Shown one piece after another: positions 46,938 through 58,680 of a stretch of 64,000 bases of DNA. Position 1 is the stretch's first letter; each line of letters begins with the position of its first letter. The notes under the pieces were generated by a model. The model was not told where the DNA came from. It worked only from the letters and a program-made list of their open reading frames with translations, and made no database searches. Source of the stretch: Paraphysomonas bandaiensis (taxonomy: Eukaryota; Protista; Chrysophyceae); contig CBFFRP010000376.1 of assembly GCA_965644295.1 (NCBI GenBank), positions 1 to 64,000 of the forward strand. Direction: 5' to 3'. The position numbers and the translations under genes were made by a program.

Positions 46938-47376
46938 ACCTACCTAACCTACCTACCTACCTACACACATACATACATACATACATACATACATACATAC
47001 ATACATACATACATACATACATACATACATACATACATACATACATACATACATACATACATACATACATACATACATACATACATACATACATACATAC
47101 ATACATACATACATACATACATACATACATACATACATACATACATACATACATACATACATACATACATACATACATACATACATACATACATACATAC
47201 ATACATACATACATACTTCTGTACATACATACATACATACATACATACATACATACATACATACATACATACATACATACATACATACATACATACATAC
47301 ATACATACATACATACATACATACATACATACATACATACATACATACATACATACATACATACTTCTGTACATAC
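46938..47376. repeat. (TACA)n microsatellite preceded by TACC units
   Basis: About 100 units with two TACTTCTG interruptions. Confidence 0.98.
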
Positions 47377-49094
47377 AGGCAATTGTATACAGGTAATGTA
47401 TGTATAGCGTACATAGGTATACGTGTGCGTATATGGGAGTATACCTCTGGGTGACTTCGAAGTGAATGTGATGTGGATATATGCATATATGAGCACATGA
47501 TTCAGAGGCTCTGCTGCTGCCTCTACTCACAGACACGAGTGAGGACTATCAACAGTGTAGCACTATGGCTCGGAAGTTACTTATTGATATGGCAGACTGC
47601 ATCCACTAAGGCACTCTCCCCATGGGTAGGCCAGATGGAGAGGATGTTGAAGACTGGGATGAGATCGGCTTCGACCCCTGGGGTAGGGCTTTCAAAGCCT
47701 TTAGCCTATGAAAGGAGACTGTAAATGAGAACGCTAAGATTGCCCTCATGAATCAGCAGGGGGTATGCAAACGCATCATAAAACCTATCCACGAAATTCC
47801 CACCTTCCATTGGAGATATGAAGCAGTCGATATCCTCGAGGGATTGATAGCCGCTCTCCTCAGGTCATCTGAATCAATCAGCGCCTTAATCAAGCCGGGA
47901 ACTAAAGCCTACATGTTTGCGTTATTGGAGTCGCCAATGAAGTTGTGGTTAGCAAGTCTGAAATTAGTGCAAAGAGACTTGTATGTGACACCATGGTGTG
48001 AGCAATTTGTGTATGATCTCTTTTTATTTTTCCGATTATTTCCTTTAATATTAATACTTTTAATTACCAAGTCTGTATTAGTGCATGTTAAGAATGCCAG
48101 CCGGGTAGTTACTAATGGGAAGATGAGTGGTGCCTCAGTGTCCTACTATGTACTATGTCCTACATATACGAATACGACTGTAACGGGGTTCTACAATGTC
48201 ACCAGACGACCTATGAAATGTCTGGAAGGTTTACCTAGTAGGTCTATTATCATTTTCATTACTCCTAACGTTTCTAGAGAACCTCGGCACGTTTGCGGGT
48301 CCCTTGCTATTCGGGTCTATGGATTTGTAACATTTGGATTATCACATGAATATGGCCTCGGTATTGGCGCCATGAAGTAAAATTGACTTCTGATTAATTC
48401 AAATCAATGGTACTAGCTCTATTTTAACGAATAAAAGTGGGTATAGAGTCACACTACAGATGTGACACTCATGAATCACACATCACACACACGACAAATA
48501 ACATAAACTCCACAATATCTACAGACGTAGAATGAATTACAAAAATCAGAGTACACAGGTGTGTCAAGCAGTATGATATTAGTCTAAATGTCATGAAACA
48601 TATCTGCACTATTAGTATATGTGTTGAGATAATATATGTAATAATGTGTATAACTCTGTGTTTTGAAAACGGCTCATAATAAGGGACGTGTTTTTTTTAG
48701 CTAACTATAACATCGGAACCAAATTATGAGTGAAGCTGATCAAATAATATGAAATGCAGTTGAGCACAAGCCTGATCTAATGATATATTCAGATCGATGT
48801 CAAAAGGTTGACTATAACTGTGATGAAAATGGCTAAAAGCGGTTCACAATAGAGCCCCTCCTTTCAATGAGCATACATACATACATGTATGCACATATAA
48901 TATGATGATTACAAATTACAAGAGGCTCCTCTATTCTATGTAAAGGGAAGCAGATGCATAACAAACTCTTGCTAGAATCAGTGCGAATTTGCCTGAGAGA
49001 GGGGATACTAAATTGGCGTTATCTGAAGTTTGAACTCAGTGTCCGCTTTCAATGTAGAAAATGGTAACAGCAATAATACAATTGCATAGTGTAT

Positions 49095-49586
49095 TATTGA
49101 AAGTCTTATTATTAGCAATAGGCGTTAAAAAACCTGCACCAACTTATTAGTAGCTAGATGAATGCTAGACAAACTAGTTAGACCTCTACCTGTAACTAAT
49201 CAGTACACACTTTTTTATCCTACTATTTAACGCTACGGAAGCTGCTTGTGCGTCGCCGCAAGCACCAAGGTGCGACCACTTCCGCTCTGAGTTCTTAAGG
49301 TGAACATCCCGGATGCTTGACTTCAGGAGGCAGCCCAATACCCCGGTTACCCTTCAGGTGGGTCCTGTCCCGGATGCTCTTGAGGTGGGCCCATTCCCGG
49401 ATGCTTGTTTATTCGTCAGGGCCCAAAGACGTCTACACAAGTAACACTTATTGGTGTCCCTTGTACCACACAAGCTATGAGTGGGAAGAAGAATATCTGC
49501 TGACTATGTTTGCGGCTCACGTTAGTATCCCAGAGAGAGTTTCTCCGGTACTTATCCCCCAGAACACCACGAAAAGGTGCGAGTCC
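49095..49586 (+). repeat. Dispersed repeat R1, long copy
   Basis: Aligns with 18513..19010. Followed within 10 nt by CTAACCCTAA. Confidence 0.9.
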
Positions 49587-50348
49587 TTAAGAGTCTAACC
49601 CTAATGCCTCATTAATGATATAGAAAGAGGACAGAGGAACTGAAGTATGTCGTGTATACAGGATATTTTAAAAGTGTGATATAAATCGGCCAAACTTTGA
49701 GTTTTCCATCAACACATCAAAATCCATCCATGAACTATGGTACATGCATTATGCATTGCAGTATAATATTACTCCCACTGGTACTGCTTCACTTTATTCG
49801 GTTAAGCATTATAATACGAATTTTGTGAAGTGTTAGAAAATAAAACCTGAAAGAGAATGGATCATGTGGTCATTATATTTGAGTTCCTACATCTATATAC
49901 AATGAAGATCAAATCTTCATAATAGTAAAAAGAATATAGGGATCATTAGAATACAAAAGTGATTAGTAATGAATAAGAAGAAGTGAAGTAGGTGTAGAAT
50001 GTAGGACATAACTACCACGTGAAACGGAATGATTAGAAATGTATCTGACAATGATGATCATGAATATACCATAGAGATTTATCAATACGTTATATATTTA
50101 CAATGTAGCATCTATGCCAATGGACGGCCCACACAAAATAATACCCATTGAGATACGTGGTAAATTGCTAATTTAATAATCAAACGCACACATGAGTATG
50201 AGTATTTATTCCAAATGTACACGGCGTCCACTGATATATCGCAAAATACACAACAACAATAAATACACCAAGTATATTCTCTCTTACATTCTCGTATTCT
50301 AACACTTCCACACTTGTTCAAAATTATTAAAAAAATAAAAAACCTAGT

Positions 50349-53300
50349 TTAGCTGAGTAGCTCCTCTTCTTTTACTTCCACAACAGGATCGGTGTCAGTA
50401 ACAGATATGTCATCAGGAAGGTGTCCTTTTTCATAGAGCTCCCAAGCAGCTATTACTCCTTTCTCTAAGTTTCTAACCCAACGACAAGTATCAAAGAGCG
50501 CACAATTATCCCTGCTGTTCTCTAGGTGGAGTCGCATCTCGTACAACTTATCCGTATCCTGTGCTAATGTAACAGCCATCTCTTCATAAACCGCCAAACT
50601 CGGACATATTAAACTCTTCATACGATGTTACGCTCATCAAGCACACAGAGAAATAAATACCTCAAGACCACATGACTTTAATATACTTGAGGCAACTCGT
50701 GTGGACATTTTATCTCCAGGACACGTGATCATGGGAGTCCCCGCCCAACTATGTGAAATGGTTAAATAAAATACATCACACAAAATATACTTACAGCACA
50801 TCGCATGCAGTAGTATGAGCATTGTAGGCAACCGTGTCGAGGCAGAGATCCGCCAGTACACAGCGAGCGAGATGCTCTTCTTTGGGTGCGACGTCAGAAA
50901 ATACGATCTGATCGTGTCGCAATCCTCGCTTCCGTGCCTATTATTACAGGAGACATATAACTACAACATAATGTTCATCAATTTAACCCACCTCGTTAAA
51001 TATATTTTCTTCTCCTGTACTAGGGAACCGCAGCAACCAGAGAATTGAATTTGGAACTCTTTTAAGAATCCTCACCCATGTGTCGAAAAGTGTGGGGTCA
51101 ATTTTATATAGCTGGTTGAAACAACAGAACACAAATTTGTCTTCCTCTATACCATACTGCGCTCGCTTTACTGCTCTGGAGCCGTCTAAGATAAATCTAG
51201 CAGATTGCTTGTGATCATTGACAAAGTAAGAGTGCGGGAGCTGGATAAGTTTCTCGTCATAGTAGCTCCGAAGCTCTGGTGGGATCACAGTGTTGTCAGC
51301 GACCATATACTCCATATAGTTCGCACCCATCGTACCACAGAAACCGAGAAACGATATCTGAATAACAATAAGGCGCTGTATCAAGGTAGACTAGAACTCG
51401 TATACCTGGATAGGAGCAGGCCGCAGTGCAAAAATTTCATTTTTTGCCCCTTTCGTGTAGCCATTCAAGTTAAAGAGAACATGTACCCGGTCACCACGAA
51501 TTAAATTCACAGCGTCCCCAAAGTGCATCTATATGACAAGCATATTATCCTTCACGAAGGTAAAATGAGAGTGTAGGAACAACCTCGCTAACATCTTTAA
51601 ACGAATCAACGTCTGCCTCTATCTTTCGTCGCCAAGTAGACTGGTCTGAAGGGGATAAAGAATAGCATATGATCTCAAATTTCGATCTATCATGAAGCCC
51701 AAAAACTGATTGCATCAGATGGCCCAAGGGGTGGTTACCAAAATCGGATGACACATACCCTATCTTGATCCGGGCGGTGCTTGGCTTCTGCAGAAAAACA
51801 CCAGATATGTCCACTAATGAGGCGTTCATTCGTGTTTTGGCCGCATATAAGCGAGAAATCTGTACCGCATATATAAGACCACACCTGCGATTAACAATAG
51901 CAATAACCTGCTGCATTTCTCCAAGTGAAAAAGGGTACACCAGAGTGTGAAAAGGTTGAACAGAAGGAAGCAGAGAGATATTCTTTCCCTCTGCTTCTAA
52001 CTGTTCTCTCGTTATCTCACGCAGTTTGTTGAAGTCTTCGTCGTATGACGACCAGTCGCAGACAGATAGTTGAGTATGAACAAGGTTTGCAAACGCATCT
52101 GGGAAGTTAGGCCGTAGTTGAAGTGCTCTTCTGTAGCTCTCGATTGCTTGCACAATCTGTTGAGTAACGCTGGTCTAAGCGCACATATATTTTTAGACAT
52201 GATACACTCAAACCTGACCGCCATCTCTGTACACTGACCCCAGGTTGCAATGGGCGTCTGCGAATTTTGGCGACAGATCTATGGCTTTCATGTAGCACTG
52301 GATTGCTTGCTGTACATCTTCATTACACGAGAAAAATATATTGTATACTAGAAATTATTAACTCACCTCAGGGTTACAAAGGTCTTTGTACGTATTTCCC
52401 ATGTTGGAATACGCGTCCGAAAAATTAGGATCGATACTGATTGCCTCCTGGTAGTGAGCCAGCGCCTGATCAAGCTTTCCCTGCTCCTTCAGCACCGAGC
52501 CCAGATTGCTGTGAGCCGCTGCGAATTTTGGCATGAGTCTCACCGCAGTTACGTAGCAGTGAATGGCTTCCTGGATTAACCCTTTGTCTTTCATTGCATT
52601 TCCTTTCAACGTATGTCATGCTTTCTACAAGTTATTGAGTTTCACTGGTGAAGTACTATACCTAGGTTGTTATAGGCATGTGGATGGTCCGGTTTCAGTC
52701 TAAGCGCCGATCGGTAGCATTGTACCGCCTCATCCAGCTCTCCCGTCTTAATCAAGCTCAGAAACATATACAAAAACGCTGTATTCGATCGTACCTCTCG
52801 CAGAGCATTCCCTAAGTTATTGTAAGCATCTGGATAGTTCGGCTCCAGCTGAATAGCATACTTAAACGCTCGAATAGCGCCATCCATATCTCTTTTGTCA
52901 TAATAACAGCTACCCAGGTTTCCGTGTGCTATTGCGAAGTCAGGTCTCAGCTTGATAGCGGTCTACAATGACAAATTACGCACGTACACATACGATAAGC
53001 GTGGGCAGCTACCTGATAGGCTGATATAGCTTCTTCAAGATCATTACATTCCTTCAGTACATTGCCTAGATTGCTATGAGCATCTGCAAACTCTGGACAT
53101 AGCCGAATTGCCTCTTGATAATAAGCGATGGCTGTTTTGAGCTGCCCTTCGTCCTTGAACACACCAGCCAAGTTACTCCACGCAATCGCGAATTCAGGAC
53201 GAATTCGAATCGCCTCCAGGTAGCACCTCTTCGCTGATTCCAAATCACCAGTTGCCTAATAGTATGTGTCATAAGCATCTATATATCGTATTCGTAATAC

Positions 53301-53929
53301 TGCACCTTGTGAAGATTACCCATGTTGCTGTGGGCGTCCACGAGGCCAGGATTCAGGACAATAGCCATTCTGTATGTCTCCATTGCCTCTTGTAATTGAC
53401 CCAGCTGCATGTACGCACTTGCTAAATTATTGTAAGCATCACCGAATCGTGGCTTCAACTTTATAGCCTAGTTGAGCATGATACTATATACGCTACCAAA
53501 TACATCTGCCCATACCTTCATGTAAAATTGTATGGCGGCTTGAATGTCACCAAGTTCCTTCAGTGCATTTCCGAGATTACTAAATGCTTCGGCATAAGAG
53601 GGATCGACTCGAATGCATTGTTGATTGTAGAATATAGATTCTGAGAAATTTCGTAGTTGGAAGTGAATAGCACCCAAGAGCAAGAGATTATCTGTGCGAA
53701 AGGCATCTATATCATACGACTCTTCACAGCTAACCAACGCTTCCTTATACTGTCCTGCGTTGTACATCCTGTGGGCTCGTTCCAAAGCATTTAGTATTCG
53801 CATCTCTCCCTTTCGGGCCCGTTTCAAAGTATCAACACCAGCCTGAAAGTGTGATATGTTTGAATGCGGTAAAGACGACAAAGACTTCGACATCTCGAGC
53901 TTGCTCTCAGTAGTAGTAGACTGACTCAT
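50349..53929 (-). CDS. OGT: O-GlcNAc transferase (OGT/SEC-type, GT41) with N-terminal TPRs, many short introns
   Basis: Many TPRs ([15 protein letters not shown]); [56 protein letters not shown]. Confidence 0.95.
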
Positions 53930-54397
53930 CTCTAAAACAGTGAAGACAGCAGTAGCTTGAGCTGTCTCCGTCTGTTTGTTCTGAGTAATGACAGTAATAT
54001 AACAGTAGCCGAACAGATGAAGTCAGGTCAGATGATCAGATGAGATCGGATGAGATGATGAGATGTGGAGACACACGAGAGACAGACGAGAGACTTGAGA
54101 TGAAGAGAGCAGAGCAGAGCAGAGAGGTGGACAAGAAGACGTTTCGTCTCGTCACTTTTTTAGTTTGTATTTTTTTTATATTGAGGTCAATTATCTTGAA
54201 GCGTTGGTGTGATTTCAGTTTATTGTTTTCATATCATTGGGCCAACTCACGTATCTTTTACACAGAAGAGTGGACGAAGTCCAAGTGTACTTGAAAATAC
54301 AGTGGCTGGCCCCTACAAGGACCTGAAATGGGCGCACCTAGGGGCCAGCCACTAGGAACTATATACGGGTATGTATGTACAGTACTCTGTGGACTAC

Positions 54398-54869
54398 GAT
54401 GGTCTCCAAGTACACCCATGATAGTACACTCCAATGCACAAGGATGGTCTCCAAGTACTCCCATAATAGTACACTCTACTGCACAAAGATGGTCTCCAAG
54501 TACACCCATGATAGTACACTCTACTGCACAAAGATGGTCTCCAAGTACTCCCATGATAGTACACTCTACTGCCAAAGATGGTCTCCAAGTACTCCCATGG
54601 TAGTACACTCTACTGCCAAAGATGGTCTCCAAGTACTCCCATGGTAGTACACTCTACTGCACAAAGATGGTCTCCAAGTACACCCATAACACTCTACTGC
54701 ACAAAGATGGTCTCCAAGTACACCCATAATAGTACACTCTTCTGCACAAAGATGGTCTCCAAGTACTCCCATGGTAGTACACTCTACTGCCAAAGATGGT
54801 CTCCGAGTACTCCCATGATAGTACACTCTTCTGCACAAGGATGGTCTCCAAGTACACCCATGATAGTAC
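54398..54869. repeat. Minisatellite, 11 units of 44-45 bp (one 40 bp)
   Basis: GATGGTCTCCAAGTAC(A/T)CCCATGATAGTACACTCTACTGCACAAA repeated head to tail without spacers. Confidence 0.95.
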
Positions 54870-55000
54870 AGCAGTACATCTGTCAAAAATACTATGTAAA
54901 AAAAACAAGTCTTGTGTATATATATATGTACATATGCTCATGTGATACTGATAGCAGTGGGACACCTCAGTCAAAGAAGAGCTGCTGGCTACAGTATGAA

Positions 55001-55969
55001 ATGAGTCTCCTGGTTCTCCTTGCGGTCTCCTTGACTCTGTGTTTGTCCTGTAGCGGTGTCTCCGTATATAAACCAGTGTTTATTAAGTTTCATAAGGTGG
55101 GGTCAGGGTCTCTCAGCTATCTATTCAGACATCATGTATACAGCCGATGGTGGAACACTTCTATGTGCGCACGGGGTCCCTATGAGCACGAAGTGATGAG
55201 AGATTATGTGCGTAGAGGTCCATATGGCATTCAGAGTGAGTGTGTGAGTAGAGACTATAGCGACTCTATAGTCACTCCTGTTGCCATATTGCGAGACCCT
55301 ATCAACAAGACTGTATCCCAGCTGTACTTTTTCCACAATGAATTAGTAGCGTACTTGAACTTGCCTCATGTGATCGATGAAAACAAGCCACATCATAGCG
55401 CTGCATACGCGTGCACTGAGAAGCTGCTCTCTTCCCCGCACAATATCACTGCCAACGAAATGTCATCTTTGTTTCGTTTGCTTCGTCGCAATCGTGAAAC
55501 TCATCTTCGAAACATTGATGACTATTATCCGTTAGATATTGCTGAGTATGAACACACGTTTAGTCGCTCTACTGCGACACCGTTTCAGCCATCGATGCGG
55601 ACCTATAATTTAGCGCTGAGGAATATGAAATCGGATGTAGGTGCAATTGGAACAATGGAGCACATGGAGTCAATGTTCACATTGCTGTCTCGAACTTTTG
55701 GTATTAACATATCGCACACCTGTGGGCTACACGTTACTCATAAGGCAATCGTGCGACAAAATGAAGAGATATTTAGACACTCGGTCAGGCCTCTCCCTCA
55801 TGAACTCTTTACGCCGGAGACTCTACGGGTTATTGCTCAAAACACGAAAAATGAGCGCAATTTGTGGATTGAGTCCGCAAAATTACACGAAAAGCAGCTC
55901 GCAAATTACGGCTTTACTGTACATTCAGCGAAGCGGTATTGGGAAGAGCATTGTACAAAATTTGCGTGA
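55001..55969 (+). CDS. Secretory-pathway sulfotransferase-like protein (Gal-3-O-sulfotransferase-like)
   Basis: Signal/anchor MSLLVLLAV...; VFIKFHKVGSGS (5'-PSB-like); ILRDPINKTVSQLYF (3'-PB-like); IGTMEHMESM. The track's longer ORF start lies inside the minisatellite. Confidence 0.8.
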   Translation: MSLLVLLAVSLTLCLSCSGVSVYKPVFIKFHKVGSGSLSYLFRHHVYSRWWNTSMCARGPYEHEVMRDYVRRGPYGIQSECVSRDYSDSIVTPVAILRDPINKTVSQLYFFHNELVAYLNLPHVIDENKPHHSAAYACTEKLLSSPHNITANEMSSLFRLLRRNRETHLRNIDDYYPLDIAEYEHTFSRSTATPFQPSMRTYNLALRNMKSDVGAIGTMEHMESMFTLLSRTFGINISHTCGLHVTHKAIVRQNEEIFRHSVRPLPHELFTPETLRVIAQNTKNERNLWIESAKLHEKQLANYGFTVHSAKRYWEEHCTKFA

Positions 55970-56179
55970 ACTATTATGTTGTTAATGTAGATAACTAACG
56001 AATACCTGTTTGTCGTCTAAAGTAATTAGTACTTTCTTTATACTCTTGTTGATGCGGCTATATATATTGATAGAGTATTACAAGGCCACAGATTAAGTGA
56101 GCTTGCGCCAAAGCTGTAAGTATTCTACGTTGGAAATGATTTAAAAGTGATCTTGTCACACGAATTTTGGTGTCAGTGT

Positions 56180-56301
56180 CAGGGCCGCGTATCAATTAAT
56201 TGTCAATTATTGAAATTGCAATAATTGAAATTGAGACAGCAAGTAATAATTGCATTTATAATTGACTACAACCTGCGTCAATTAATTGATACGCAGCCAT
56301 A
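56180..56301. mobile_element. Small hAT-like MITE
   Basis: CAGGGCCGCGTATCAATTAATTG ... CAATTAATTGATACGCAGCC inverted repeat of about 20 bp with one mismatch. Internal AATTG subrepeats. Confidence 0.65.
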
Positions 56302-56525
56302 TGAGAAATCTCGTCATTAATTAGTTAAAAATAATGAAGTTAATTTGGTGCTACTGATATTCACTCCTTCGAATCCAACAAATTCAATTTTAACAGGATA
56401 AACACATAAATACACTCTCTATCCATCAGTTATTAGGAGAAGTGAAAGTCTGATTATTAGAAATAGGTGTGTAAAAGTCAGAACTAATGTAACATATAGA
56501 CATGTAGTGTAACTAATGCTTAACT

Positions 56526-56921
56526 CTGATATCCTACTATATAAAACGCTACGATAGCTGCTTTTTATGCATCACCGCAAGCACCAAGGTGCACTCACTT
56601 TCGCTCTATCACTCAAAGGAAACGCAGTGAGCAAGCAGAATGTTAATATATCTGACTTCGGCAGGCAGTCCAATACCCCGGATGCCCTTCTTCAGGTGGG
56701 ACTATTCCCGGATGCCCGTTTATTTCTCAGGGCCCAAAGATATCTACACAAGTAACACTAATCAGTGTCCCTCTTGTACCACTCAAGCATTTGGCTATTA
56801 GTGGGCAGAACAATATCTGCCGAGACTATATAAGCGACTCACGTTATTTTCTCGGGGAAATATCTCCGATACTTATCCCTAGAAGAACACCACGAAAAGG
56901 TGCGAGCCCGACTTTGTTGAG
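56526..56921 (+). repeat. Dispersed repeat R1, diverged subfamily copy
   Basis: Shares CCCGGATGCCC, TCTACACAAGTAACAC, GGGCAGAA..ATATCTGC and the CACCACGAAAAGGTGCGAG.CCGACTTTGTTGAG end. Confidence 0.85.
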
Positions 56922-57191
56922 GGAGATTATCAATTAATGAGTGTAGACAACGCCTAAATACTACATCACACTTCATTTTTATAGTTAAACGAGAAGACGT
57001 CGTCGGAGACATTAAACAACCGACACTGCCATCGAAGAATGCTTATGTCCTTGACATTAGGTAGTAAGCAGTTGTACGTTGTACAACCGTACAAGCATAA
57101 TTCAGTAACAAGGGGTGGTGTGCCGTATATAGATTATACTATCACTCGTTGTATAGTATAAGAGATCCTAATCGAATTGTATAATGCTTAT

Positions 57192-58083
57192 CAGGGATAG
57201 GGAACAATATATTGCAATACTATTGTTAGGTAGCGTTCCATCAATAGTATTGATGGATTTTTTAAACCGGCCCTACAATACTATATTTCAATATATTGCA
57301 ATATATTAGTATGACTAATCAGTAAAAGTAAACACATCCGTAGTTTTCATTTTTAGTACTTGTTATATATTATTAGGGTCTAAGGTCACTTGATAATCAA
57401 ACCCACTACTCTTAACTAATTAAAAGTTTCCTCATACTCATCCTCTGAGCCATCATCGGTGATATCATCATCATCACCATATTCATTCAATATTGATTAA
57501 AATATGCTTGCATCCGGCCACAACTGTAGGTTAGCTTTCAGAAACAACAGCATATTAAGTGTAGTAGGATGCATACGTTTGCGCAACACTGATATAATCA
57601 GTTTTGCTGCGCTGAACAGGCGTTCACATGTATTGGAAGTACATACTACATGACTCGTGCACCTGTACTTAGATATTTCAACTTTCCGTTTCTTAAGTTT
57701 TTGAGCTGATTGAAGAATTTTTTCCGCATAGCCAACTTCAGCTTCATCATCCTCTGTATTGTTGCAATAATCACTGTCTGAACGGAGATATATTCTAACA
57801 GCATCTTTCTCAGATCTTGTCAAGTCCAATTCTTCGCCTGCTTGGATTTTTGCAATTCCATTCTCGAAATTCGGATCATTAACAATGGAACTGTTTTTCT
57901 GTAAAGCAGATAGTGGATACTTTGGCCCAAAGTCCCTCAATAAGCCATAAAAAATGTTCCGGCATTCATAAAGATTCACTTGACTTGATCCTCCAGTTTG
58001 AAGTAATTTCGAGACGCTTTCAAACTTCCTCAGGTCGTCTACAAGGGCGATTATTTCGGTATTCTGTCGAGGAGTAGGAATCT
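57192..58083 (-). pseudogene. hAT transposon relic: 3' terminus and transposase C-terminal dimerisation domain
   Basis: TSNTCERLFSAAKLIISVLRKRMHPTTLNMLLFLKAN. An in-frame TAA at 57497 precedes an acidic tail. CAGGGATAG terminus at 57192 with CAATATATTG subterminal repeats. The 5' part is missing. Confidence 0.85.
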
Positions 58084-58680
58084 ACAAGTTGATGCTTATT
58101 ATAGTATATACATGCTAAACCTTGTAATAGTTAGTCTAATGAGAGCAACAATTAACACACTATAATGGCTGCCTATTCTGTTGTATTCTGATAAGTGAAA
58201 AATTGTGATTACTACAATATATATTTAACATAGTCAAAAAGCGACAGATATGAAATTTCAATTTTTAGAGAAAAGCAAAATAAAAGGCATACGAAAAGAC
58301 TTCTCGCTGCCTATTAGAGTTATACGAAGAAGTTTTAACACTACACGTATTCTATTTGATGAAACAAGGACACGTGTAGTTAGTACCAGGCTATAAATGC
58401 AATACAAAAGATTATAATATAATTTAATACATAATATGTCAACATATGCTAAAAATATGCAACACGATATACAAAGTTTATAGCATTCTCTAATTTGGAG
58501 AATAATACGTCTAAACGTATTACCTCACGATAACACTAATACCACACGTCAATACAATTAAACCCAACAGTATAAGTCTCACACTATCTGACTAATAATA
58601 ATATAATAAAACGTGACATAATACAGTACAACATAATCAAAATAAAATTCCAATGACGCTCAATACCCAGTCCAGCTACA

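Noticed and set aside
54398-54869. CRISPR-like array
   Set aside because: The units are contiguous with no unique spacers, no cas genes are present, and the context is eukaryotic.
54578-55000. N-terminal 141 aa of the 463-aa ORF
   Set aside because: It derives largely from the minisatellite. The signal peptide begins at the ATG at 55001.
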